From contig CAXXJV010000001.1 in NCBI GenBank assembly GCA_963663475.2, positions 1,600,001 through 1,664,000 of the forward strand: DNA of 64,000 bases. Reading direction: 5' to 3'. The notes beneath the pieces were generated by a model. It made no database searches. It was given only the letters and a program-made list of their open reading frames with translations, and was not told the DNA's origin. The position numbers and the translations under genes are program-made. Numbering within the stretch: the stretch's first letter is position 1; each line of letters begins with the position of its first letter. The stretch comes from Candidatus Cloacimonadales bacterium (GTDB taxonomy: Bacteria > Cloacimonadota > Cloacimonadia > Cloacimonadales > JAFGVF01). Shown here one piece after another: positions 1 through 11,354 of the stretch.

Positions 1-2862
1 ATCACTACTTCAGTTAACAGTCCGAAAGATAGAAACTATGATTTTCTAACTAACGAATCTGATTTTAACAAGATAACAAAAGGTAAAATTTTACCAAAGA
101 GGGTAAAAGAAGCTTATCTTTCCTCTTACTTAAGACCAAGCAGTTCTGTGAGAAACACTTTAAACATTGATCCTGCTGAAATGTTAATTATTTCACCTGC
201 CACTTTACTTGATTCATGGAGCCTTTATGCAGATTATAAAAGTAGTTTAGGAAGAGAAAGTCAAGTAGTTAACATTTCGAATATTATTTCTTCTTATAGC
301 GGACGTGATAATGCTGAGAAATTAAGGAACTTTCTGATTGAAGTTTACAGTGAATGGTCTAGTAATGATATTCCCTTGACCTATGTTATATTAGGAGGAG
401 ATTATAATCTAGTTCCTTCTAGGCAATTAAGGATAAGAGCATCCTATAACTCTGCTTGGCATAGTAATAATATCTATTCAGATCTATATTTTTCTGCTTT
501 AGATGGAGATTGGGATAATGATGGTGATAATCTCTTTGGTGAAGGAGATGCTAGCCAGGATGTTCAAGCTACTGGTAGCAATGGGGAAGAGGCAGACCTA
601 TACGGAGAAATATATGTTGGCCGTATCCCTGTTGAAAACAGTGATGAGTTGGAAAACTGGATAAACAAACAAACAGATTATGAATCCAATCAAGTTTCTG
701 AGCAATTCTTTGAAAAAGTTCTACTTCTGGGTGAGTATTTAGGTTCCTCTGTATATGGTGGTCCTGCAATGAATGAAGTAGCTAATTATCTTGCTGATTA
801 TTCTTTAGAGACTTTATATTCACAAAATGGAACTTTCTCTGAAAGTGGACTAACTAACGCTATCAATAATAACCTTTCTCAGGTTCATCATCTTGGGCAT
901 GGTTCAAGTTCAGCAGTTTTTTCAATTGATAATAATGATATTACAAATAACTTTATAAATCAAGATTATCCTTTTATCTATACCCAAGGTTGCCATACAG
1001 CTAACTTTAGTGTTAATGATGCTATTGGTGAAAGTTTTATTCTCAATCAGAGAGGAGCTTTTGCTTATATTGGTAATACCTCCTATGGCTTCTATTCAAG
1101 CTTTGAAAATCAAGGACCTTCTCAACTATTTCATCGTGAATTTGTAGATGCTTTTACTAATGAAAATCACACTAGTTTAGGGATTATTCACATGGATGGG
1201 AAAGAAGACTTAGTTGGAATTACTGATCAAACTGGCACTAGACGTTATGTCTATTTTGATAATGTTCTTTTAGCTGACCCTTCTACTAGCTTAATACAAG
1301 ATAGTGAAAAAGTAAGAGTTGAGCAAGTATCAGATAATGCTATAAGGCTTTCCTTCTCCTCCACTATGAGTGACCAGGCTTTGAATATAGCTAATTATGG
1401 AGTCTATCAAAGAGATAATCCTTCTATAAACTACCCTCTTGAATCTATCTCACAGCTAGCTAATGCCTACTACTTAAATTTCACTAATGATCTTCCAGCT
1501 GGTATTCCTCTTAGAATTAGCATTGAAAATATCCCCAACCTCTTGAATCCTACTTTAAAATTAGTTGAACCCTTATATACCATAAAAGAATCTTCTATTA
1601 TTACACCTACTATCTGGTTAGCCGAAGAATCACCTATTTATGTTTATAAGCATCAGATCATCAATAGTAATCTTACAATTGAAGCAGGAACAGAAGTAAG
1701 AATCAATAGTGGGAAAAGCTTTTACATTTACTGGGGGGGTGAAATCAGGGTTGAAGGTGATTCTTTAAACTATGTTACTTTTACTTCTTACTCTGATGAT
1801 CCCAATCAGGATGATAAATGGACTGATATTACTATCATGATGGACCCTTCACCAAACTCTTATGTGAATTATGCCATGATTAAGAATAGTCAAAGCGGTA
1901 TTTGGCTGGATTCCTTATCTACAATTTCCTTAAACCATGTTCGCTTTAGGGATAACCAAGACTATGGAATCTATGCTAAGTATTCTAATATTCAAGCGAA
2001 TTATCTAGAGTTTTCAGCTATGATAAACAGTCAAGCTGGAGCTTTAAGAATTATCGGAGGAAATGCTAATCTTAATCATCTTACCTCGGCTGAGAATGGA
2101 GGTTGGGAATTAATCGTAACAGATTCTGCAAATGTGAATATTACTAATAGTATAATCTGGGGACAATCTTTCTTGGATAGTGAATTTATCAGCATAGATT
2201 ATTCAATCTTACCAACAGTTGAGGCTGGAACTAATAATCTTAGCTTAGATCCATTATTTATTTCTTCTAGTAATTTAAGACTTCAAACTAATTCTCCAGC
2301 TATTAATAGTGGAGATTCGAGTGAACTAGATCCTGATGATACTATTACAGATAGAGGTTTTTGGTACTATCATTACCCAAATAGTTTTTCAGCCCAAGTA
2401 TTAGCTGATTCTTCTCCTAAGCAAATCCAATTCACTAACCTATCATTAGGAGATTATGATTCAATAGAGTGGGATTTTAATAATGATGGACTTTGGGATT
2501 CTAGTCAAATCAATCCTCAGCATACCTATCTTACTGAAGGAACTTTTTCTATTAAGATGCGATTAACTAAAGACACATTTCAACAAGATATCTTACTTAG
2601 TGATTTAATAGACCAGACCTTTAACCCTTTGCTAATAAACTTCCCGCTTAGTATCTCAAAACAGGCTGATGCTATGCAAGTTACTTGGCAAGAAGTCCCT
2701 AACTCAGATTTGTATAAGATAACTTCTACAACAGATATAAATTCTCCCTTTACCCCGTTATTGATCCAAGCAGAAAACACCTTTATCAGACAAGTTGGTC
2801 AAAATCCAAGAGAATTTTATCAAGTACAGGCTCTTGAACAAATTATAAATATTGCTGATTAG
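1..2862 (+). CDS. C25 (gingipain-like) cysteine peptidase with parallel beta-helix and PKD-like modules; 5'-partial
   Basis: Frame is open from base 1, so the true start is upstream of the window. C25 motifs YVILGGD, SDLYF..LDGDWD, VGRIP, HLGHG, QGC; PKD-like WDFNNDG...NPQHTY. Confidence 0.85.
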   Translation: MTTSVNSPKDRNYDFLTNESDFNKITKGKILPKRVKEAYLSSYLRPSSSVRNTLNIDPAEMLIISPATLLDSWSLYADYKSSLGRESQVVNISNIISSYSGRDNAEKLRNFLIEVYSEWSSNDIPLTYVILGGDYNLVPSRQLRIRASYNSAWHSNNIYSDLYFSALDGDWDNDGDNLFGEGDASQDVQATGSNGEEADLYGEIYVGRIPVENSDELENWINKQTDYESNQVSEQFFEKVLLLGEYLGSSVYGGPAMNEVANYLADYSLETLYSQNGTFSESGLTNAINNNLSQVHHLGHGSSSAVFSIDNNDITNNFINQDYPFIYTQGCHTANFSVNDAIGESFILNQRGAFAYIGNTSYGFYSSFENQGPSQLFHREFVDAFTNENHTSLGIIHMDGKEDLVGITDQTGTRRYVYFDNVLLADPSTSLIQDSEKVRVEQVSDNAIRLSFSSTMSDQALNIANYGVYQRDNPSINYPLESISQLANAYYLNFTNDLPAGIPLRISIENIPNLLNPTLKLVEPLYTIKESSIITPTIWLAEESPIYVYKHQIINSNLTIEAGTEVRINSGKSFYIYWGGEIRVEGDSLNYVTFTSYSDDPNQDDKWTDITIMMDPSPNSYVNYAMIKNSQSGIWLDSLSTISLNHVRFRDNQDYGIYAKYSNIQANYLEFSAMINSQAGALRIIGGNANLNHLTSAENGGWELIVTDSANVNITNSIIWGQSFLDSEFISIDYSILPTVEAGTNNLSLDPLFISSSNLRLQTNSPAINSGDSSELDPDDTITDRGFWYYHYPNSFSAQVLADSSPKQIQFTNLSLGDYDSIEWDFNNDGLWDSSQINPQHTYLTEGTFSIKMRLTKDTFQQDILLSDLIDQTFNPLLINFPLSISKQADAMQVTWQEVPNSDLYKITSTTDINSPFTPLLIQAENTFIRQVGQNPREFYQVQALEQIINIAD

Positions 2863-2870
2863 ATTTGGTA

Positions 2871-2897
2871 TTGACAGCTTAACTATTTATGTTTAAT
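2871..2897 (+). promoter_or_regulatory. putative sigma70 promoter for ATP-grasp gene
   Basis: TTGACA at 2871 followed by an AT-rich -10-like hexamer, about 55 nt before the ATG. Confidence 0.4.
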
Positions 2898-2927
2898 TGT
2901 CCTTGATTAATAAAATAAGGATGAAAC

Positions 2928-4040
2928 ATGAATTATATAATTACTGGAGATACATATAATAGTAAATTTATTGAAGACCTAGCAAAACGTGAAGATATTA
3001 TAGCTATGACAGGGCAAGAGCTCTTAGCAAGCGATTTATATTTTAATAAAGAAGATAAGGTATATGTTCCTTCTGAAACATCTTTAAGTATTGTTATGGA
3101 TAGAATGCAAGACCAAGAATATGTTCAAGGAATTAACAAACTCAAGAATAAATATTTCTGTAGACAAGTTATAGCCCCACTTTATCCAGATTTTTACTTT
3201 GCTAAGGCCTCTTTAGCTGATATCCCCAATCTTGACTTACAAGGTAAGAAAGTGATTATTAAACCTCTCAAAGGCTTCTTTGGTACTGGAGTTAGACAAG
3301 CTGATTCTACTACTGACTTAGTAAAACTTGCCCAAGAAATGGAAGCAGAAGTTAAAGCTTCAGCTAAGTTCTTTCCTGAATCTATCTTGACTCAAAATGA
3401 ATATATTATTGAAGAGTATATTGAAGGTCAGGAGTTCGCTGTTGATATGTTCTTTGACCAAGAGGGTAATCCTGCTATAATGAATATCTACTTCCATCCT
3501 CAACCAGCTGTCTCAGACTACTTTCATCTTTTGTATTACACAAATAAAGGGATATTTGAAGATTACTCAGCTACTTTTATTAACTTCTTTAAAGAATTAA
3601 ATAAGATTATGCAATTAAAATCATTTCCTATTCATGCTGAATTTAAACTTCAAGCTGGAGTAATGGTGCCTATTGAACTTAATCCTATGAGATACGGTGG
3701 CTTTGGTCTGTCTGACTTAACTTATAATAGCTTCCAACTCCAACCAATTACTGCTTACTTTGATAATGTTCACCCAAACTGGTCTGCAATTTGGGATATT
3801 AGAAAAGAGAACAACTATGCTTGGATTTTAGCTTATAATGGTAAAGATATTGATATTGAAGAATTTCCCCCTAATCATGATAAGTTCTTAGCTTACCTTG
3901 AAGATAATAGCCAGCTAATTGATTATGTTAAGCTAGATCATAAAAGCAACCCTGTTTTTGCTTTAGCTTATGTTTATAATCAAAACTTAAGCAAACTTAC
4001 ACAACTACTTGATACAGAGTTTAATAACTTTTTTGATTAA
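2928..4040 (+). CDS. ATP-grasp domain protein
   Basis: IIKPLKGFFGTGV, IIEEYIEGQEFAVD, HAEF and PIELNPMRYGG motifs; AAGGA RBS. Confidence 0.8.
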   Translation: MNYIITGDTYNSKFIEDLAKREDIIAMTGQELLASDLYFNKEDKVYVPSETSLSIVMDRMQDQEYVQGINKLKNKYFCRQVIAPLYPDFYFAKASLADIPNLDLQGKKVIIKPLKGFFGTGVRQADSTTDLVKLAQEMEAEVKASAKFFPESILTQNEYIIEEYIEGQEFAVDMFFDQEGNPAIMNIYFHPQPAVSDYFHLLYYTNKGIFEDYSATFINFFKELNKIMQLKSFPIHAEFKLQAGVMVPIELNPMRYGGFGLSDLTYNSFQLQPITAYFDNVHPNWSAIWDIRKENNYAWILAYNGKDIDIEEFPPNHDKFLAYLEDNSQLIDYVKLDHKSNPVFALAYVYNQNLSKLTQLLDTEFNNFFD

Positions 4041-4109
4041 AGTAGAGTAGATTAGAGACAGGTACCCTGCCTCTACTTTACTTAGAACTCAAGTCTGGTG
4101 GAAATTATT

Positions 4110-4140
4110 AAAGGGGTGGACTTTGTAGTCCACCCCTTTT
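4110..4140. terminator. bidirectional intrinsic terminator between convergent genes
   Basis: aaaggggtggact-ttgt-agtccaccccttt perfect stem with A/T tails. Confidence 0.8.
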
Positions 4141-4174
4141 AAATAGATGCTTGCAAGAGCAAATCTTGCTAGGA

Positions 4175-7100
4175 TTATTTCATAAGGATAGCTTTACTAG
4201 TTTTAGTATAATCATCAGTTTCAATTCTGATAAAATAGATACCAGATGATACTGGTCTATTTTGATTATTTCTTCCATTCCATATTGTCTTATGATTTCC
4301 TCTAGCTTTATATTCATTTAAGAGGTCTTTAACTAATTGACCTTTAAGGTTATAAATCTTTAGTTTTACATTTGTTCCCTTAGCAATACTATAAGCAATA
4401 TTGGTTACAGGATTAAATGGATTTGGATAATTGCCATGTAGTTTAGTTACCATATTAACATCATTAATCTCATTATCTGTGCCTGTCATATAATCTACTA
4501 CTACAATATTAGACAAGTTACTGAGGTCTTCTTGATAGACAGCTCTAAGACGATAAGAGTAGATATCAGCTTTAGGAAGTACATGTGTGTGTGGGCTGTC
4601 TGTTACTTGAGCTAATTCTTGCCACTCACCAGTATTAATTTTCTCTTCTAGTATGAAATAGGACAATTCATCGTCTGTATCTTCCTCATAATCCCAGTTG
4701 AGACTTAGTATTGAATCTTGGAGAGTATGTGCTAGATTTGCAGGCGAGTTCAAGTAATTCAAACTAAGGTCATGATTAACTAATTGATTAGAGTTAATAT
4801 TAAACAAAGGAAGAGAAGCATTACGATAACCAGCTAGATTGTAGAGAACTTCATAGGAAGCCAAAGGTAATATTGCTTTATAGTTACCCTCACTTTGAGG
4901 TGAGAGAGTGTAGTCAGAAATAGTAATATCTACTAAATTTGCTTGTCCTGACCCACCATTGAGGCTAAGATTACCAGTGAAAACAAATGATTCCTGAACA
5001 GCTCCACCAATCACAATATCATCAATAAACCATCCATCTTCAGATACCATGAAGTCAGAGGCAAAGACGAAACCAAACTTAACTGATTGTCCATGTAAAT
5101 CTTCAGGAAGAAGCATGTTGACTTGTGTCCAAGAATTTATTCCACCAGAAAAACCAGGACCACCTAAAGCAGATACATTCTGAGTAGGGTAACCTGATTG
5201 AGGTTGTAAGATAGTAGAATAATTATCACCTTCAACTTGGGCAATAACACGTCCTCCGTCATAGTTTGATTCTATCTCGTAAATATGCCAGAAATTAAAA
5301 GTAGTGGCAGGATTTACATCAATGTAGTCTGTCCAAGCTATAGCTGAAATATTATCAGGATAATAAGAATTCAAGCTTGTTGCCAATAGATTATCACCAT
5401 TATGACCTGAAGTGAAAGTAGATGTTCCTATTTCCCAAGGACTTTGCAATGTTATAGGGGAAACTTGATCTTCAAAATCAATGACCATTTCACTTGTATT
5501 TAAGACCATTGTATAATCTTGGTTAAGAATTTCTTGTCCACCCTGACTTGCTATTAAAGAAAATTCAAATATTTCATTTTCGGAAGCATTAGCAGAGATA
5601 AGTCCCTTAAAGACAATTTGCTGTAAAGAAGCTGGTCTAAGTCTAATGTCTTCGTATGAAGAATTTAACAGATTGATATTAGGATTAGAGCATTCAATAC
5701 TTACGTTATCTAAATAACCATCTACCAATCCTGAATTCCTAATATCCCAAGCAATAGAGATTTCTTCTCCAGCTTCAGGTATAAAGTTGTTGTTACCCGT
5801 TTCTTGGTAATCATTTATAATCACATTTTCGGAAGTAAAAGTTGCTTTGGAAATAGTTAAATTGATTTCCTTATAGAATCTATAACTATTATCGCCTGCA
5901 ATTTCCATGTTAAGAGTTATGATTTCACCATTAGACATATCTTCATTTAATTCAAAGGTGAAGTACTCTCTACTATAAACCGCTTGGTCCATTATTAAGT
6001 CTTCAAAAAGACTATGATCATTCAATATTGTTACTCTTGGGTCAGAACAAGTAATAGTTGCTGAAGTATTCTCTAGAGGGGTAATAGCAGTATTTAACAG
6101 AGCTACTCCCACCCTGATATCTTCACCTACCTGGTAAATATTATCTTCAACTTCTTCAACAATAGTTAAATCATAAATATTGATATTTGGTTCAAGCAGA
6201 AGAACAGGCTTAGTAGTTATGAATAAGGCCATACCATCTTCTAATTCATGAGCTCCAGCTGGATAATTTTGATTATAGCTATATTCTAATCCCATTGTTC
6301 CACAAGGAGATTCTATACCGATACTGGCATAGTTACCGTGCCATGGAGTATAAGAACCAGGATTTCCATTATCTACATTATTAAAGACTTTATATTGGAT
6401 TTTTGCAGTTCCTTGATTAAGAGAAGATGCATATCTTTGAGGATTATAGAGAATCAACTGGAAGGTTTCTTCAGCTGGATTATTAGCAGAACCATTAATC
6501 ATTTCATCCCACTGGATTACAAAATAATCTTCCTGACTATCAAAATAGGTATAGATTCCTGAATTATCATTCATATGCATATCATCCCAGAAAGGAGCTA
6601 TCATGCCATTTGGACCTAAAGCACCAGGCAGTCTCCAGTTTCTAAATTCACCATTACTATTAGCACCAAAGGAAATAAAACCGTTTGAACAAACTGTTAT
6701 CTGATTATAAGCTTGACCATAGTAGATAAATTGGAAAGGTAAATCAACTGTATCGGTTGAATTTGAGCCAACACCATCACCTTCACCCTGAGCATCAGGA
6801 TCATAAATATCTAATTCTGTTCCTGAACCACCATTACTTGGAGCAATTTCAATCCATTCATAGCTAGGACAATCTGGATAATCAAGGTCATTAGAATCAT
6901 ATATTACATAGCCAAACATATCTGGTCCTAAAGGAGAAGTATTTCCATTTTCTCCAAAAGTTATTGGGAACTGTGCTTCTTGATAAAAATTAACCTCGTT
7001 ATCCAGCTTCAAGATACATTCAGTTGTCATACCAGGGAACATATCAATTGCTGAAGAGATCTGGAAATCTAGTGTTTGACTTTGGTTACTAGCTAAACTT

Positions 7101-9598
7101 GCTATCATAAGATTTTCTGTAAGAATGTTAAAATGTCCATTATCAATAATGAGTTTAGCAATAACATTTGCAAGATCAATATTAGATTGATTTTCCACAG
7201 TCACTGAAATAGTTGCTGTTTGGTCAGCTTGGAGACTAGAACCTAGCATTACCAGGTTTGTGTTGGTAATTACAAGGTTACCATTATTAACCTTAGCTAA
7301 AGCATAGAGACGTTGGCTTTGGTCGTTAGCATAATCTAAATCAAGAACAAAAGCAATTTCAGTATCATTTATAATGCTGTTATCGACACTAAAGGTAAAG
7401 TTGTTATCAAACAAAGAACTTGCATTAGCTGCTAATGTAGAGATTTCACTAGTTGATTGTCCAAGATTAATCTGGTAATTATTGATAGAAAGACTAGCTT
7501 GTACATCATTAATAGCAGTATCAGTTAAGTTCTCTATCATAAAATTAACTTCAATTACTTCACCTGCTTCGATATTTTGATTACCATTTCCTTGGGAAGC
7601 TTCTTGATTATCATCGTCTATGATTAGGGAAGTTACTCTCAAATCACTTTGACCTGCAATTTCAATATCTTCTTGATATGGGAAATAGTTGATCTTATCA
7701 ACAGTTAAAGTATAGGAAGATGCACCTTGCTCTAATTGAAGATTAGCTATACCATCTGAGTTAGTGAAAGTTTTGATGATTTCACCGCTAGGATCTGTTA
7801 AGGTAACAACTGCAGATTTTACAGTTTGATTGTTTTGGTTCTTGACAAGCACAATGAGATTATCGTTATCAGGAAAATAGTCAGCTACTTCAACATCGAA
7901 ACTATTTGCTTGTCCTGTATAAACATCAACACTTGGATCACCAATAAGATTACACCAATGAGTAAACTTCTGGACATCACTCATGTCTGATTCACTATAG
8001 ACTATGTGAGTTGTTACTTTACCAGTAAGTAAGGCCTGACCCATAGTTCTTTGACCAAGATTATAGATGCCATGGAAGATACCACCTGATAGAGAATTAT
8101 TAAAAGAAGTATGAGTAAAGGAAGTTGCCATGCCTATAGCAGTAATACCACCCTTAGGAGCAGTTTCAGTTCCTAAATTTACATAGGCTTCTGTTGTTGC
8201 AGTACTAGCAAAATTACCTGTAGCACAGGTTATAATTACAGCATGATTAAGTTTGTGTGTGTTAGTTTGACTTCCCCCTGGTGACCAATTACTCATTCCG
8301 ATATAACCACGATAAACAAAGAAGTCTATACCGTTGTTTATAGCTTGATTCATCTCAGAAACGTTAGGATCATTACCATATACTTCAGTATATTCTTGGT
8401 TTGGATTAATCATAGAAGAAATCTGTTTAACAAATTTACAGTGGTTAACAGTAGATTCTCCTGATGGCTCAGTATCAGCAACTAAGAGCATATTATTGAG
8501 GTAATCAGTATCATTAGGATTAGTAAATCCTTCATAAGACTTCATTTTCCCTACATATCTACTAAGGTTGGTAGAATTGTTCACAGACATTCTTCCGATA
8601 AAGACATCACCAATTAAATCATTACCAGCTAAATGGGTATAAGGATAGTCTCCTTCAGCATTATCAGCATAACTTGCATTATAGGTTGGTATGCCAAAAG
8701 TACCACTAACATCACCAACAAGTATAACATAGTCTGGTCTAAATTCTGTACCGTCATATAAATTTTGAATATAATTTTTAATGCCTGAGGAAGTGGATGA
8801 ACCAATGGTTCCAGTTGATACACTTCTTACATTAAAGCCCTTTTGTCTTTTAATTTCAGTATATTGTCCTAGCTTAAGTTGAAAAATCGGATCATTATTT
8901 TCTTTATGAATAAATAAAATATTAGGTGAATAATTTTCATCACCTGTTCGCTGATAATTCAAAACTGTTGCTGCATATAGTTTTTCAAAGGCTGGAGAGG
9001 CTGGTCTAACCTCTGTTATTTCATTGAAACCAAGCTCATTTGCATCACTAGAAATTTTTACAATAATCTTGTTATAAACTCTTAAAGTCTTGTTTTCTTC
9101 ATTATAGGCAAAGGGTAAAATCTGAATAGGTTTAACTCTTAAATCTCTGAGTATGAAATTATCTCCACTTGTTACAGCTTCTTGGGGAAAGAAGTCAGAA
9201 TAATTTGCCTTCTCTAGAACCCTATTTTCATAAACTAGGCCTTCTTTCTGGCTAGGGAAGATATTATCTAATTTCATTTCTGAAAAATCACTTTCAATAA
9301 TCTGGCAGGTAACCTTTCCTTGATTAGCTACTGAAATACCTGTAGCAAAAATAGGAAGATAAGGCATGCCAACTTGACTTGTGTAAGCCTGACTTGTTGT
9401 TTCAATTATATTAAAAACTTCCTTGCCAGTTTCTACTTTCTTAATAGCGTAATTTGGTAAAACAAACTCAACTACTACTTCTTTCTCATTTTCACTAACT
9501 ACTCTAAATCCATCACTTACTGCACCATTTTCTAAAGGTGCTGAAAAAAGACTTAATGACACCAAAAGTGCCATTAAGCCTAAAAATAATCCTCTCAT
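4175..9598 (-). CDS. 1807-aa secreted C25-family protein (propeptide, C25 domain, Ig-like/FN3 modules, C-terminal sorting domain)
   Basis: Signal peptide; PDYVILVGD, GDYPY, FIGRMS, NLIGDP; C-terminal GNYPNPFNP...IYNLKGQLV...SGIYF. Confidence 0.85.
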   Translation of the reverse strand: MRGLFLGLMALLVSLSLFSAPLENGAVSDGFRVVSENEKEVVVEFVLPNYAIKKVETGKEVFNIIETTSQAYTSQVGMPYLPIFATGISVANQGKVTCQIIESDFSEMKLDNIFPSQKEGLVYENRVLEKANYSDFFPQEAVTSGDNFILRDLRVKPIQILPFAYNEENKTLRVYNKIIVKISSDANELGFNEITEVRPASPAFEKLYAATVLNYQRTGDENYSPNILFIHKENNDPIFQLKLGQYTEIKRQKGFNVRSVSTGTIGSSTSSGIKNYIQNLYDGTEFRPDYVILVGDVSGTFGIPTYNASYADNAEGDYPYTHLAGNDLIGDVFIGRMSVNNSTNLSRYVGKMKSYEGFTNPNDTDYLNNMLLVADTEPSGESTVNHCKFVKQISSMINPNQEYTEVYGNDPNVSEMNQAINNGIDFFVYRGYIGMSNWSPGGSQTNTHKLNHAVIITCATGNFASTATTEAYVNLGTETAPKGGITAIGMATSFTHTSFNNSLSGGIFHGIYNLGQRTMGQALLTGKVTTHIVYSESDMSDVQKFTHWCNLIGDPSVDVYTGQANSFDVEVADYFPDNDNLIVLVKNQNNQTVKSAVVTLTDPSGEIIKTFTNSDGIANLQLEQGASSYTLTVDKINYFPYQEDIEIAGQSDLRVTSLIIDDDNQEASQGNGNQNIEAGEVIEVNFMIENLTDTAINDVQASLSINNYQINLGQSTSEISTLAANASSLFDNNFTFSVDNSIINDTEIAFVLDLDYANDQSQRLYALAKVNNGNLVITNTNLVMLGSSLQADQTATISVTVENQSNIDLANVIAKLIIDNGHFNILTENLMIASLASNQSQTLDFQISSAIDMFPGMTTECILKLDNEVNFYQEAQFPITFGENGNTSPLGPDMFGYVIYDSNDLDYPDCPSYEWIEIAPSNGGSGTELDIYDPDAQGEGDGVGSNSTDTVDLPFQFIYYGQAYNQITVCSNGFISFGANSNGEFRNWRLPGALGPNGMIAPFWDDMHMNDNSGIYTYFDSQEDYFVIQWDEMINGSANNPAEETFQLILYNPQRYASSLNQGTAKIQYKVFNNVDNGNPGSYTPWHGNYASIGIESPCGTMGLEYSYNQNYPAGAHELEDGMALFITTKPVLLLEPNINIYDLTIVEEVEDNIYQVGEDIRVGVALLNTAITPLENTSATITCSDPRVTILNDHSLFEDLIMDQAVYSREYFTFELNEDMSNGEIITLNMEIAGDNSYRFYKEINLTISKATFTSENVIINDYQETGNNNFIPEAGEEISIAWDIRNSGLVDGYLDNVSIECSNPNINLLNSSYEDIRLRPASLQQIVFKGLISANASENEIFEFSLIASQGGQEILNQDYTMVLNTSEMVIDFEDQVSPITLQSPWEIGTSTFTSGHNGDNLLATSLNSYYPDNISAIAWTDYIDVNPATTFNFWHIYEIESNYDGGRVIAQVEGDNYSTILQPQSGYPTQNVSALGGPGFSGGINSWTQVNMLLPEDLHGQSVKFGFVFASDFMVSEDGWFIDDIVIGGAVQESFVFTGNLSLNGGSGQANLVDITISDYTLSPQSEGNYKAILPLASYEVLYNLAGYRNASLPLFNINSNQLVNHDLSLNYLNSPANLAHTLQDSILSLNWDYEEDTDDELSYFILEEKINTGEWQELAQVTDSPHTHVLPKADIYSYRLRAVYQEDLSNLSNIVVVDYMTGTDNEINDVNMVTKLHGNYPNPFNPVTNIAYSIAKGTNVKLKIYNLKGQLVKDLLNEYKARGNHKTIWNGRNNQNRPVSSGIYFIRIETDDYTKTSKAILMK

Positions 9599-9625
9599 CT
9601 ACTCCATCCTTACATATTTGTTAAT

Positions 9626-10672
9626 TTATCTTTCTATATCAAAAATAACTAAGCCCTCATCTCGTGTTGCTACATAAACTCGGTTATTATTATCAATTTT
9701 TACATTATTTGTATATCCTGTAGAAGTTTCTCTTTCTAAGAATTTTATGTTAGTTGGGTCTGTTATATCGAAAACATACAAATTACCACCACCTGATGCT
9801 AAAACACAGTAAGAATCATTAACATCTAAATTTTGAGCATAACCAGTAGTGTCATAATTATAGACTTCAACTGGATTGAAGATATCAGAAACATCATAGA
9901 CATAGAGTCCAGTTTGACGAGTTGCAACATAAGCATAATTATCTTTAATTGTGATTCTAAGAGCTGAACCTGGGGTGTCAAACTCAGTAATAATCTCATG
10001 AGATTCTAAATCAGAGATGAATACTCCACGTTGTCCACATGCAACAAACATATAATTATCAGTTTTGTAAGCCCCGTTAGTTTTGGCAGGATAATTAAAT
10101 TCAAAATCTGTTCCTAAAGTCTCAATTCCACTAGTATAGGTATTCCAACCAACTTCTTTAACCTGATAACCATTAACAAAGAAACCTCTAGCAGTGTATT
10201 CTTGGTATGGTGGAAGTGGATTTGGATCTTCATAAGGGAAGAGTTCAATCTGTCTGATAGCAAAAGTTCCACCTGTAACAGAAGAAATAATTTTTAAAGT
10301 ATCAATTTCATTAATATCTACAATACGATAGGAATCAGCTTCTTTTTCTTCAGTAAAGAGTAAAAAACCTAAATCTTCAACAAGATTTATTCTTCTGTTT
10401 CTTCCTAAATTAAGAACTGAATTATCATCACCAACAATTTGTGTGTGCCAGTTTCTTTCAAAAGTATTCTTATCAATAACTGAAAGTCCAGCATCATATT
10501 CAGCTACAGCAATGTAACTTTCTGAATAATCAATCCCAATCGCATCACCATTTAGAGGTATGCGGGTTACTTCTTTGAGAACACTTTCAGATGTTTCCGT
10601 AGGATCACTAGCCTTAGCACATCCTACTAATACAAGTGTTATTAATATACATAAATAAACAATTCGTCTCAA
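9626..10672 (-). CDS. LVIVD-repeat beta-propeller lipoprotein
   Basis: Lipobox LVGC; repeats YAYVA..GLYVYDVSD.FNP and YVFDITDPTN; TTG start with GGAGG RBS. Confidence 0.75.
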   Translation of the reverse strand: MRRIVYLCILITLVLVGCAKASDPTETSESVLKEVTRIPLNGDAIGIDYSESYIAVAEYDAGLSVIDKNTFERNWHTQIVGDDNSVLNLGRNRRINLVEDLGFLLFTEEKEADSYRIVDINEIDTLKIISSVTGGTFAIRQIELFPYEDPNPLPPYQEYTARGFFVNGYQVKEVGWNTYTSGIETLGTDFEFNYPAKTNGAYKTDNYMFVACGQRGVFISDLESHEIITEFDTPGSALRITIKDNYAYVATRQTGLYVYDVSDIFNPVEVYNYDTTGYAQNLDVNDSYCVLASGGGNLYVFDITDPTNIKFLERETSTGYTNNVKIDNNNRVYVATRDEGLVIFDIER

Positions 10673-11086
10673 TTAGAGCCTCCAAAATATAATTTTTCTA
10701 CTAGTATAATTTATGCAATTTGTATTCCATTACTACTAGTAGAGAGAAATTAGAGTAGATCTTTTGTGGAAAATTGCTCAGAGAAGAAAATCAAATTCGA
10801 TAAGGTTTTGTTTTCTAGCACTACTTGGGATAATGATTCACTGGCAAGATAAACATGAATAATAATACTAATAAATTAACATATGTTCAAAATACATGTG
10901 AGAATCATTAATAATACTCCAATTTAAAAGAAATAATAAATTTTTATAATATAGATAAAGCTTTATGTGTTAGACTTTTAGGATAGCTAATCTAAATTTC
11001 AAGAAAAAAGAGTGAAAAAAATATTTGTTTATGAACTAATGTTCATTATATTTACTTATCATAAAGAAAGAATAAAGGAGAATAAT

Positions 11087-11254
11087 ATGCCAAACGGAGA
11101 TAAAACAGGTCCTCAAGGAAAAGGACCAAGAACTGGTAGAGGCTTAGGACAGTCTATTGGAAACAAGAGTGGTAGAGACCAAGAAAATGGAAATTCAAGA
11201 GGTCAAGCTACTGGTAGAGGTATGGGACAGGGCAGAGGAAATAGAAGGCCCTAA
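11087..11254 (+). CDS. DUF5320-like small Gly/Arg-rich protein
   Basis: MPNGDKTGPQGKGPRTGRGLG N-terminus; AAGGAG RBS before ATG 11087. Confidence 0.75.
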   Translation: MPNGDKTGPQGKGPRTGRGLGQSIGNKSGRDQENGNSRGQATGRGMGQGRGNRRP

Positions 11255-11354
11255 CTAATAATATGTGGTAGATTAGGCTAGAAGTTATCCTAGCTGAATC
11301 TACTGCACCATTCGGTTTAATAAGATAATCAAAAACAAGTAAAGGAAGTGGAAG

